From the NCBI GenBank assembly GCA_030264375.1, contig JASCQW010000190.1, forward strand, positions 95,133,692-95,197,691: DNA of 64,000 nt, read 5' to 3'. The notes beneath the pieces were generated by a model. That model was not told the DNA's origin, ran no database searches, and saw only the letters and a list, made by a program, of their open reading frames with translations. Shown in pieces: positions 51,561-63,724 of this stretch. Position 1 is the stretch's first letter. Each line of letters begins with the position of its first letter. Position numbers and translations under genes: made by a program. This DNA comes from Carcharhinus longimanus (Eukaryota).

Positions 51561-54019
51561 TGTTCAAAACACGTGAGTTAGAGACAGAGATTAGGCTTTC
51601 CATTTCAGACTAGCCCCACTGTTCCAGAATCCCATCAGTAGGACTGCTTAAAACTTTAGTCTTGTTGAGAGTGTTTTCAACAGCTGGGCAGTTGAAAGAC
51701 CATAAGGCTTGGGAGCATGAGTAGGCCATTAGGTCCCTCAAGTCTGTCGCTATTCAATGAGATCATGACTGATTTGATGTGATAATCCTCAACACCACTT
51801 TCCTGTCTTATTCCCATAACTCTCAATTTCCTTACTGATTAAAAATTCATCTCAGCCTTGAACACACTTGCGTTTTAGTGATAATACTGGGTGGCCAGGT
51901 TTCTAACAGTTGCGCGTCTTTTTGGGCTTAAGAAGGTAGACAGGCTTTCCTTTCTCGATGTTGGTGGGAGGGGGAGGTGGGGAGAGACGAAAAAATGTTC
52001 CATTTTAAGAAAAAAAATGCCGCCTTTCGGCCTTAACAGAAGTCTGTGCTAGCTCATCGCCATTCCCTTGATTAATGATAACCAGATTGCTCGGTAACTC
52101 GCCTAAGTAAACAGGAATTATACTGGATGTGAATATATCTACGCCAATGCTTTGCATGGTTCCATTATCACCTCCCATATGGAGAGCAATAAAGGTGGTC
52201 TGCAAGGGGTACTGTAGACAGTTAAAATAAGTAGCATCCCATTCAGATGGACTCTCGTGGGTGTGCTGGCCTTGCAAATGGATCTAGTTTAAATAGCTAT
52301 CCGCTATCTCGCTGGCAATCTTCCAGACACACAGAAAATTCAACATCGTTTGCAGAGAACAAAAGGCCACAAATGAAGCCGAACAGCTGGACGTGCGGCT
52401 ACAAAGATCCTGGTTTGCTGAAGTGACTGGTGGAGCTATTCCTCCCAGGCAAGGACACACTGAGGCATCAACCCTGGAATGCTTCAATAATCCAGAAGAA
52501 ATACAGGAATTTGTGCTGACAGCCCAACAGAGACATCAACAGATTGGATGATCTGAGGGCGGAAGATTCCATTCCTGAGGACAGATTATCCTGCCTCAGT
52601 CAGGAAAGGAGTTAAATTCTTTCATGCACTGGTGTCAGTCAGTGCTGATTTACACGTGTAGGCTGAACGTTTTAAAAGAATGAACTGTTCAAGTAATACT
52701 ATATTAATAAATATTTCAAAGACAGGGGAAATCGGTTGCGACAACTTATTGAGCTCAGTTTGTCACGCCTGCCTCTTGAAATATATCTTGCTCAACCTCT
52801 CAGACTTGCCTGCTTAAATGTTATAAATGTGTATTGGCAGGTGAGCTATGCTAATATATATGCTATATTAATAATATGTTATCACTGTGAGCGATAGATG
52901 GACAGATGTGAATTTGGCAAATCAAAGTTGAGAGGTAACTATAGGCAGATCTACAGCTAAGCGACTGAAAATAACGTAAAGCACAATAATCTAATCTGTG
53001 TCGCTCTGGTGGAAATGGTGAGGCTGTAACGTTCCCACTGGAAGAAAAAGCAGTTAGAAATACAAAGCCCTGGATAAGATGGCATTGAAAAGTAAGTATG
53101 TTTAACGGGTGGTCTTCAAATTGCCCTGAATACTGAGGTATAGTGTTATTGAAGTGCCGATTAGACAGCTACTTTTGTGCAAAAAAACGCTGAACATCTG
53201 CCCTTTCCGATGAATGGAAATGGATTGTTGCAAAGCCTGGAGGAATGAGAGTGGCAACGTGGATTGATCGCAGTCTTGAGACTGCTTCAGGGTAGCGCTC
53301 AGTTTATGAAGCTTCCTAGGCTGAGTAGTACTTCAACATGAGGATCACAGGAACTAAAGCAGAATATTCTGAATGTTGCAAATCTGAAATAAAAATAGAA
53401 AATGCCGAAAACACCCAGCAGATCAACACCCAACATCCAGAGAAAAAGAGATAGAGGCAATGATTCATTTGACTTTACTGTCCAATAACATGTACTTTCT
53501 TTCTTATTCTCTTCTTTCTGCACTCGCACACTTTCACCCACGTATATCCTTGTTCCTCACTTATTCGACACCCCTTGGCCTCAAATGCAGTCATCTCCTG
53601 GGTGCCGACTCAAGTCCTGAAATGCATAACCTTGGTGCCTTGCTCAACTCATTCCCCTGAACCCAATTTATCAGAAACAGGAGAAAGTGTTCTGGGTGCA
53701 TGTTCAAAGTACTGCTAAAAAAGGAATTGTACAAGGCCATTGTGAGTTTACTTGATATTTTCTGATTTGCTGTACGTGTAAGAAATACCAATGTTAATTT
53801 CTAAGTACAAAAGAATTCCCCATTTTTAGTTAAGATTTCCCATTTCTTCACCTGATTTCCCTTTTCTGTTTGATATTCATATCTGTCTGAGGTTGTTACT
53901 GTAGGTGTCATTGGCTCAAGAAGACTCCAAAACATGAATGGCAAAAGCCCAATGCTAATGAAAAGTTTTGTTAATGCTGTACTTCAAATAGTTATCTACA
54001 CTTGTAATAATTAGACACA

Positions 54020-54320
54020 GGATGGTATGGTGGCACAGTGATTAGCACTACTGCTTCACAGTGCCAGAGAGTCTGGTTCGATTCCTGGCTTGGGGTCACC
54101 GTGCGGAACCTGCATGTTCTTCCCGTGTTTGCGTGGATTTCCTCCAGGTGCTCCGGTTTCCTCCCACAGTCTGAAAGACGTGCTGGTTAGGTGCACTGGC
54201 CATGCTAAATTCTCCCTCAGTGAACCTGAACAGGCACCGGAGTGTGGTAACTAGGGGATTTTTCAGAGTAACTTCATTGCAGTGTTAATGTAAGCCTACT
54301 TGTGACACTAATAAACTTTA
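54020..54320 (+). mobile_element. tRNA-derived SINE just upstream of the CITED1 promoter
   Basis: Full head (tggcacagtgattagc / ggttcgattcc) and tail gcctacttgtgacactaataaa. Confidence 0.88.
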
Positions 54321-54659
54321 AAACAAGCTGCATTCACTTGATCACAAGGGATAAAGGTTATGTTGTGCTGCCAGCTAAGAAAAAACGCATAATTTCAATT
54401 TACTTCCTAATGATTTTAATGTAGACAAAGCCCACTGTGTGTGGCCTGATCACATGTAAGTGTTACTGCTGAGTCTACTGCTCTTCAGAAACAGTGGGGA
54501 GCCTGAAACGTAACATGACTGGAAAAGAGGATCCAGACCAGGTTTTGCAGAGGTCCCAGCCGGTTACATTTCCACCTTGTGTCAGTGAATGCTGATGGAG
54601 CAAGGTCAGGATAACATCCCGAGAGCACAGAAAAGCTCTTTCATTGCCAGTGGGGATTC

Positions 54660-55028
54660 ACAGAGGGAGCGGCGCTGATCATTCACATCGAGTTATTCTC
54701 TGTGAACCTTCTCCCAACTCCTGGCAACTCGAGTCAGGACATTTGCCTGGGAGAAACTCTGCAGCCGCGGCAGCCTCCACTCCGGACCCGATTCACAACT
54801 CTGAGCCGGCTGGGAGTTAAGCCCCTCTCTCCGGGGATTTCTCTAGGGCATCAGCCGAGCCCCAGCACCAAGCCGGCGAGGACAGAGTCCCATCATAAAG
54901 TGTGGACATTTTGGGGGGTCGCTTTCTGGGGGGCGGAAGGGGAGGGGTTGTTATGTCTGCACTCGGAATCGGATCAATAGATTCAGAGGAAATCTGAGAA
55001 ATTGGCTCGGGAAGCAACCTTGGAGAAG
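54660..55028 (+). promoter_or_regulatory. CITED1: CpG/GC-enriched putative CITED1 promoter and non-coding first exon
   Basis: Local CpG enrichment in an otherwise CpG-poor window; GGGCGG GC box and CGGAAG near 54930; strong donor GAAG|GTAAGA at 55028/55029. TSS not determinable from sequence. Confidence 0.6.
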
Positions 55029-57117
55029 GTAAGACCCCCTTTCCTCCTTTGTTTCACATTCAGTACATTTTCGCAATCATTTGAATTGAGTGCAGACTAG
55101 ATGATAAAGCTTATTACTTTGTAAAGTATTGATTAGCCATTGTTCAACTCTAAGTAGCTGTGAGCTTGGCTGTTTGTCGGTGTATAGCTGCAGAAGGATC
55201 TCCCAGTAAATGCTTGCTGGTTGAAATTATATCTCTTGAGATGAATCCCGCAACAACTGGAGCCAGGCCACCCAGACTCCCCCGATCCAACTGGATATTT
55301 ACAAAAACCCTGTTTAAGCAAACAGCTGGTTGAGTTTCGTTAAAGCCAAAGCCAATGCCGCCTCCCCCACATGCTAGTGACATCTTCCTAACCATGGGTG
55401 AAGATGAAATGCATTCATTGGGACTGTGTTTGGGACACATGGGTCTGGATCATCGTTAAACATGTCAAACAGAACATGCCAACCACAAAATATATGTATG
55501 CACCTGGACAGCTATCTACATCTTCAACCTTTGTAATGTCCTTATTCTGCATTTATGTAGACACTTCATGGTTGGCAAGACCCGGTTTGTGGATATTACT
55601 GAAATGTTAGGGGTACTAGCTGGGGTAAATGCATGGGGTTATGGAGATATGGGCCGAATGGCCTCATTTTGCATTGTAGAGATTCTACGATTCTACTGAA
55701 ATCCTATCAATTTAGAATTAACTAAAATATTTTAAATGTTTATTACATGAGCTCTTTAGGCTTTGAAAAGTTAAGTAAAGTGCAGCAAGGTGCTTGCAAT
55801 GGGACGTGAGCTGGGGAGTACAGAGGAGAGAAGTAACAGCCGGTGGTCAAACATAACACAAAGAAACATTCTGCCGGTGTCCCAGCAGCTCAGGGGTCAT
55901 TGAAAGAAGTCCGAATGCGAGAAGGAAGGCGGAAGTGGGGTGGGAGATGAGGGACGGAGCTGAAAATTAAACTATCACTGCAGGAATGAATATGTTTTGG
56001 TGAAATGTCCATCAAACATCAGTTTGTTCCCTGTTGTTGGACAATTTGAAAGTGCGTGGCAAATGTTTTTGATAGGTTAAAGGGGTTTAACATTTGTAAA
56101 TCCTCAGGAACACATGATAAAAGATCCCCAGGAATCCCCAGGAGACCAGACAGGAGATTTGGCGCAACTGGTTATCACTGTTGGGGAAGACAAGTGTAAT
56201 ACCCGGGGTTACATACTCTGTCTTTGGGCAATTGATCACCAGAACTTTGAGATAGGAAACAGGCTCACCGGGCTCTGGCCACTGAATAAACAACTTATAT
56301 TGTGAACATGCAGGACTTTTTGGGTGATGTTTCAGGAAAAAACACCAGTGTCGTGGGAAAGTCCAACACATTTCCGTGAAAGCTGCAAATCAGAGTACTT
56401 GGTTGTGAGGAAAAAGCTGGAGGCAATTAGGGTGATGGGAGTAACCTCGTGGAGGTTTTTAAACAACATTGACACTGTAACAGCAAAAGTTTATTCAAAA
56501 TCAAGCCAGGGAAGACTAGGGAATATCAAGTTGAATGAAAAAGAAATAGAAATAGGACGAACCTCTTTATTCAAAAGCGATATGTGTTTGGGATTCCGAG
56601 AAACTCGGGGCCAGCAGGTAGAGGTGGTACGATTTTGCCTTTTCAAAAGCGTTTAGACAGTTACATGGGTAAAATGGGTCTAGAGGGATATGGGCCAAAC
56701 GCGAGCAATTGGGTTTAGCTTAGGCGTTAAAAAAGGGGCGGTATGGACAGGTTGGGCTAAAGGGACTGTTTCCATGTTTAAACCTCTATGACTTTATCAA
56801 CATGCAGTGGTTTGGTTAAATGATTGAAGAGTGAGGGCCAGTGACCTTGCCTGATCTTGCTCTTTCCTCAGGTATGAAGAGGTTAGGCTTGTCTTTTCAA
56901 CATTCCTTTAGTCAGATTAGCTTCGGTCGTCTACAGCAGTTTCACTTTTAATTAGATTTCAGTGACGGGGATGTCACTTTCACACCAACTGCCCCTCTGA
57001 AAATGTCCTAACAATGTCACTTGGATCTAACTATAAGCCACCAGGTCTCAAACGCTCCTCCGCTACTTAGAGTTAGATCTGGTGAGGAGATGCCAGTGTT
57101 GGACTGGGTGGGCACAA

Positions 57118-57511
57118 TAAGAAGTCTCACAACATCAGGTTAAAGTCCAACAGGTTTATTTGTTATCAGGAGCTTCCGGAGCGCTGCTCCTTCCATCAGG
57201 TGAGTGGAGAGGGAGGTTTCATAAACACAGCATATATAGACAGAAACACAATTGCAAGATAATGGTTGAAAATGCGAGTCTTTTCAGGTGATCAAGTCTT
57301 TACAGGTACAAACAATGCAATGTACCTGTAAAGACTTGATCACCTGAGAAGACTCACATTCCAACCATTATCTTACACTTGTGTCTTTGTCTGTATTTGG
57401 CCTGTTTTTGAAACTTACCTCTTCACTCATCTGATGAAGGGGCAGTGCTCCGAAAGCTCGTGATACCAAATAAACCTGTTGGACTTTAACCTGGCGTTGT
57501 GAGACTTCTTA
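57118..57511. mobile_element. Penelope-like-element-derived foldback (inverted pLTR-like arms)
   Basis: Two arms of about 190 bp in inverted orientation (taagaagtctcacaac... / ...gttgtgagacttctta) around the central loop aacaatgcaa; arms carry a hammerhead-like core. Confidence 0.85.
57427..57463 (+). ncRNA. Minimal hammerhead ribozyme-like motif
   Basis: TCAT-CTGATGA-A-GGGGC-AGT-GCTCC-GAAA-GCTC-GTGA: conserved CUGAUGA and GAAA core, stem II, palindromic AGCU stem III, and a 4-bp stem I. Confidence 0.6.
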
Positions 57512-57910
57512 GATGTAGACCAACATCGTGAACCTTATTTTTGTTTTGCCCTGAAACATGTTCAATGAAAAATCGACCTTTAAAATACACTTTAGGGTGT
57601 TAGTCTGAAGAGAACCAGATAAGGAGTGTGAAAGTCACATAGCAATTCTCAATGCTAACATGTTGCAACTTAGCGACTAGCTGTATATAAAACATACCAG
57701 AGTGAACACGTTTCTGGCATCTGCTCTTTACTGAGAGTGCAGTGTATGTTTTTGAGATTCTCTTCCACGGTGTTGCTGATTTACAGTCCTCATATGGACT
57801 GGAAACATGAACTCTTGTTCCTCTCTTCACATGTTGAGTTTTTCCATCGTTTTCTGGTTGCATTGCTAATTTGAAGTTGTTGTCCCCTCCGCCTCAGGTT
57901 CAGTGGGTCG

Positions 57911-58366
57911 ATGAGTTCTCTGGTGTGCCCGGGACTGAAGGAACGGGAAGCCGTCACCATGCTGCACTACGGGGAGTCGGTAACTCGCAGCAGGCTTGCT
58001 GGTGGCAGCAGCGGGCAGTTTAACTCGGGGCTAGTGGCCTCTACGTGCGGAGTCCGGCAGCAGCAGTTCAGCTTGCACAGCCCGCAGCTGCTGGCCAGCC
58101 TGCAGCTGCAGAAACTCAACAGCCAGTACCACAGCTCGGCTCTGCAGCCTGCTCCAACCCCCGCAGAGAACCAGCCACCGGCTGCCCCTCAGCCCCCAGC
58201 CTCCCCGGGGATCATCGACACCGACCTCATCGACGAGGATGTGCTGATGACCTTAGTGCTGGATTTGGGCTTGGACCGAGTGGACGAGCTGCCGGAACTC
58301 TGGCTGGGACACAACGAGTTTGACTTCACCTCAGAGGTGAGTTCGGGTAATGCAGTGAGCTGCTGA
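57911..58366 (+). CDS. CITED1: Cbp/p300-interacting transactivator 1 (CITED1), 151 aa
   Basis: CR1 motif [14 protein letters not shown] and CR2 motif [39 protein letters not shown]. The N-terminus [20 protein letters not shown] resembles human CITED1 MSSVAYSNLAVKDRKAVAILHY. Acceptor cctccgcctcag| at 57897. Syntenic with HDAC8. Confidence 0.93.
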   Translation: MSSLVCPGLKEREAVTMLHYGESVTRSRLAGGSSGQFNSGLVASTCGVRQQQFSLHSPQLLASLQLQKLNSQYHSSALQPAPTPAENQPPAAPQPPASPGIIDTDLIDEDVLMTLVLDLGLDRVDELPELWLGHNEFDFTSEVSSGNAVSC

Positions 58367-58606
58367 CAGTGGGCCAGCCTGGAGATATATTGAGGACTGA
58401 TTGAAACAGAACTGAGCTGAGAATGATTGCATTCAGTTCCCCATTTACAACCTGCACCAATACTGTACACTCAGACAGTGAACTGGCTTCTTGTTTGCCA
58501 AGTGTTATGACTTTATACAACGTATATTGCCATCTCCCCAGGTTTTCATATTGACTGGATGAAGGAGATTCCCTCGCAGTGACACCGATGAGATGTGTTT
58601 GATACA

Positions 58607-58612
58607 AATAAA
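58607..58612 (+). terminator. CITED1 polyadenylation signal
   Basis: First AATAAA about 240 nt after the stop, with T/GT-rich sequence downstream (tcttgtttggtgtg). Confidence 0.7.
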
Positions 58613-60009
58613 GCTGGCACTTTGAAATCCTAATTTATTAGAAACACTGAAGGATCCATGATCTTGTTTGGTGTGCCTTAAAAAGTTGACGACGTTCTTG
58701 CGACGTTTTCTTACCTGGAAGCTGGAGAGAGTTAGTCAGGACTGTAAACAGTCCCTTCAAGTTACATCAGCCACAGAGAATGCATTTTGAAGGCAGCTGG
58801 TTTAGACTCTGGGCTCTGCAGGAGAACACACTAAACAACTGTGGACAGAGATGGAAAAAGCCAGGCTGCTTTGTTGAACTTCTGAAGTTGCTGTGTTTAA
58901 TTTGAGACCGAGATGGGCAATAACATCAGGACCTGGTCTCACCAGGTCCGTACTGCCATACACCAACTGTTTCATTTAACTTGAACACCACCATTGACAT
59001 AAACTTGATGTAGTTTCCTTTTGGAGTGTAAGAGCAGCTCTGTAATTTGGCATTATGCCCTAGCAGATAGGGAGAAATAGTCTCTCCTTCAGGCTATTTA
59101 CAGTCTTCTGGATCTGAACCATTGCCTTGACCCTCCTCATCTTATCAGCTGGTTAAAGAAACACGAAAGAAAAAAAGTATATAGAAAACTACCAAATACA
59201 GCAGAAGGTTTCCTGTTCAGGGTCAAATCAGAGGGGCAGCAGTGGCTATATCCCACCATACACACTATTGAGCATTCAGCCTTCCTCCCTGTTTTCTATG
59301 GTTTGTGTCCCATACCAATGAGTCCAGCTAACTTCAGAGTTGTGGTGTTTATATAGCTCATATATAAGCAATAAAGTCATCATAGTCCCAGATGACTATA
59401 GGCAACTCTCCACTTTGATTTAACCTGAGGATCACCACACCTCAGGTGAGGGGCAAGGATGAGAAAGCAGGGCCTTCATGAACAACCTTGCCGGTATGGG
59501 ATCCCAGAACCAGCCATCCAGCCAACTGTATAGATATAGCATATATATCAGTGGTAGTACTGGTGTTGCTATGCCGCTGGTCCATAAAGTCAGGGAGGGC
59601 ACATGGAGACACTTCTCCCCAATAAGCAGGGAAAATCACTCTGTCACTCGCTGTGGACAATTCTTGTGCTCCTTGCAGTCAGTTTCAAAATGATACTGAC
59701 AGAATTCTGAGAAGTCACCTGCCTCTTTTCTTCTTTTCCTGAGCTGGGTTACTGCATAATATACAAATCCCAATGGGGGATGTTAGAGCCTTAATAGACA
59801 TTCAGATTCCACTAGGTAATAAAATAGACAAAATTATGTGGAGGCAGGGCATGGACCTGTACTGCAGTTCAGCACAGTGAGGTTTATAACTCAGTTTGTC
59901 ATTGGAGGAAGCACGTGGGAGTGTTAGATGCTTTCCTTGGGGAGGAGAAGGCAAAATTAACCAATCCTCACATCAGTCCTTACACCCCACTCTGGAGCTG
60001 GTTACAGAG

Positions 60010-63000
60010 CACCATATGAACATATGAATTAGGAGCAGGAGTAAACCACTTGACTCTCTTCATTCTGCTCAATAATTCAATTAAATCATGGCTGATCTGA
60101 TTGTAGGCAGAATTTCACATGTCTGCTTATCCTGATAACTTTTCACCCCAACCCCCTTGTTATTCAAGAATTTGCCTGGCTCTGCCTTAGAAATATACAA
60201 AGCGTTTGCTTCCACCGCCTTTTGAGGAAAGAGTTCCAGAGACTCACGACACTTTGAGAAAAATGATTTCTCTTCATCTCTGTCTTTAATGATCAACCCC
60301 TTATTTTTAAACAGTGACTCCAGTTCTAGCTACTCCAATAGAAGGAGACACTGTCTCCACATTCACTCTGTCAGGATCTTAAAGGTTTCAATAAAGTTGC
60401 CTCTAACTTTTCTAAACTTTAGTGGATAAAATCTAAGTTCTCCAACTTTTCCTCATAAAATAACCTGCCCATTCCTGGTATTAATCTAGTCACCCTTCTC
60501 TGTACTGCTTCTAACACATTTACATCTTTCTTTACATAAGGAAACCAGTACTGTACACATGTGGTCTCACCAAAGCCCTGTGCAACTCAAGCATAACATC
60601 TCTAGTTTTGTAATTGATTCCCCTCACAATAAGATGCAACATTAGATTAGCTTTCCTAATGATTTGCTGTACCTGTATACTGGCCTTTCGTGATTCTTGC
60701 ACTAGGACACCCAGATCCCTCTGCACCTCAAATCTCTGCAATCTCTCACCATTTAAATAATATGCGTCTTTGCCAAAATAGACAATTTCACATTTGGCCA
60801 CATTACATTCCATTTGCAGGATTTTTACCCACTCACTTAATCTATTTATGTAACTTTGTCGCCCCCTTGTGCCCTCTTCACAATTTACTTTTCCACCTAC
60901 CTTTGTGTCATCAGCAAACCGTCCATTAGTGTCTCCATCCAAATCATTTATATAAATTGTAAAATTTTGAGGTTCCAGCACTGATCCTGTGGCACGCCAC
61001 CCAGAATATCCTTCCAATAAAAAATCCATTTATGTCAACTCCATTTCCTGTTAGCTAGCCAATCTTCAATCCATGACTCCTATTTTACCCCCCCCTACCA
61101 CCATGAGCTTTTAAGAACATAAGAAATAGGAACAGGAGTAGGCTATCTAGCCCCTCGAGCCTGCCCCGCTATTCAATAACATCATGGCTGATCTGAAAGT
61201 GGTTCAGTTCCACTTACCCGCCTGCTCCCCATAACCCTTAATTCCCTTATTGATCAGNNNNNNNNNNNNNNNNNNNNNNNNNNNNNNNNNNNNNNNNNNN
61301 NNNNNNNNNNNNNNNNNNNNNNNNNNNNNNNNNNNNNNNNNNNNNNNNNNNNNNNNNNNNNNNNNNNNNNNNNNNNNNNNNNNNNNNNNNNNNNNNNNNN
61401 NNNNNNNNNNNNNNNNNNNNNNNNNNNNNNNNNNNNNNNNNNNNNNNNNNNNNNNNNNNNNNNNNNNNNNNNNNNNNNNNNNNNNNNNNNNNNNNNNNNN
61501 NNNNNNNNNNNNNNNNNNNNNNNNNNNNNNNNNNNNNNNNNNNNNNNNNNNNNNNNNNNNNNNNNNNNNNNNNNNNNNNNNNNNNNNNNNNNNNNNNNNN
61601 NNNNNNNNNNNNNNNNNNNNNNNNNNNNNNNNNNNNNNNNNNNNNNNNNNNNNNNNNNNNNNNNNNNNNNNNNNNNNNNNNNNNNNNNNNNNNNNNNNNN
61701 NNNNNNNNNNNNNNNNNNNNNNNNNNNNNNNNNNNNNNNNNNNNNNNNNNNNNNNNNNNNNNNNNNNNNNNNNNNNNNNNNNNNNNNNNNNNNNNNNNNT
61801 TGTGATTCATGCACAAGGACCCCCAGGTCTCTCTGCACAGTAGCATGTTGTAATTTTTCACCATTTTATTTTCCTTCAATAACTTTTGATGTGGCACCTT
61901 ATCAAATGTTTTCCGGAAATCTACGTACATTACATTCCCTTCATCCACAGCACAGATAACTCCTTCCAAGAACGCCAATAAGTTGGTTAAACATGATTTC
62001 CCTTTCACAAAATCCTGTTGACTCTGCCTGATTGCCTCAATTTTTTCCAATTGCTCTGCTATAACGTATATAATAATAGCTTCCAACATTTCCCTCTGAC
62101 AGATGTTAAGCTAACTGGCCTGTAGTTTCCTGCTCTCTGTCTTTCTCCTTTTTTGAATAAAGGAGTTACATTCTCTACCTTCTAATGTAATGGAACCTTC
62201 CTTAAGTCTAGGAAGTTTTGGAAAGTTAAAACCAATGCACCAACTATCTCATTCGCCACTTCTTTCAAGGGCCTGGAAGAAAGTCTATCCGGACCCAGGG
62301 ATTTGTCAGCTCACAGCCCCAAGACTTCACTCAGTACCACTTCTCTGGTGATTGTCGTTTCCTCAAGTTCCTCCCTCCTTTCCATTTACTGATTTACAGC
62401 TATTTCTGGAATGTTACTTGTATCCTCTATAGTGAAGAGTGATGCAAAATACCTGTTTAACTTATTCACCAGTGCCCTACATTCCACTATCAATTCTTCA
62501 GACACACCTTTTATAGGACCAATGGTCACTTTGTTAATGCTTTTCTTATTCAAATATCTACAGAAACGCTTACTATCCATCTTAATGTTACTAGCTAGCT
62601 GTCTCTAGTACTTTAGTTTCTCCCCTCGTTATCAATCATATTGTTATTGACATTCTTTGTATACTTTCCAATCTTCTGACCTGCCATTTGTTTTTGTGCA
62701 AATATATACTTTTACATTAAGTTTAATACTATCTTTAACTTATTTAGTTAACCACAGATGACAAATCCTCCTCTTTCTGATTGGAATGTGTCTATTCTCT
62801 GCATTCTGAAATCTCTTTAAATGTCTGCCACCAAACCTCTATTGACCTATCCCTTAAGCACAGTTGTCAGTGCACTTTAGCTAGCTTCACTTTTACACCC
62901 TCACAGTTGTCCTTACTTAAGTTTAAAATACTAGTCTTGGACACACTCTTCTCTCTCTCAAACTGAATATTGAATTTGACCCAGGAGTGCCTTCTCTATG

Positions 63001-63200
63001 AAGTTAGCAATTAACCCTATCTCATTTCAGATCTAATCATCAGGTCTATCTCACCACCAGGTCTAATGTAACCTGCTGTCTGATTGGTTCCAGAATGTAG
63101 AACTAAGAAACTATCTCAAAAACATTCAATAAACTCCCCAGCTGAAATTTCCAATATATATGTAGATTAAAATCCCTCATGATTATCACCATGGTAAAAG
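60010..63200 (-). mobile_element. CR1 LINE (APE-RT-tail) with a nested younger CR1 across a gap
   Basis: ORFs 60532..61029 (GSVLEPQNFTIYINDLD, FADDTKVGG), 61247..62089 (QQDFVKGKSCLTNLL, DFRKTFDKVPH) and 62386..62580 (LNRYFASLFT); RDFNLHIYW near 63170. Confidence 0.9.
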
Positions 63201-63724
63201 GGTTTTTTTTAAAAAATTCTTTCATGGGATGTGGGTGTTGTTTTAGAAATGAATTTGTGATTGTCATCAGTAAAGAGAAAAAACAGAAAATGTAATTGTC
63301 AAATGAATGGAAAAGTAAGGGTGAAGAGAAGGAAATCATAATTTGAGCGGTGAAGCTGAGTAATTGAATGAGTTCAATGTTATCTCCAAGTGGAGAGATG
63401 GGCATTGGGAATTTAAAATAGCTGATAATTACACTGTAGTGGTGATTATGATCTGGAAACACTGACAGCTTGGTAGAGGCAGATTTCAACCACAGCTTTC
63501 ACAAGGGATCTGGAATAAGCATCTGAAGGGAAAATATTTGCAGGGCTGTGGGGAACGGGACTAATTAAAGTGCTCTTACAAAGAACTGGCCCAACTTATT
63601 GGGTTTAATGCCTTCCTGTGTTGTAACCATTCTATAATTTTATTCTGTAAATCTTACAATTGATTAAGTGCAAACAATTTTTCTCAAAATGTTCTTAAGA
63701 ACAGATGAGTCAATCTTGATATAA

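Noticed and set aside
55476-55490. ATG CCA ACC ACA (MPTT), identical to the human CITED1 N-terminus
   Set aside because: Only four residues match, the following sequence is unrelated, and I see no convincing splice donor linking it to the coding exon. Probably chance.
58045-58607. Overlapping alternative-frame and antisense ORFs at CITED1
   Set aside because: By-products of the GC-rich coding exon; no recognisable homology.
61247-62089. Long 194-280 aa ORFs
   Set aside because: Inflated by N-runs; the flanks are CR1 RT fragments.
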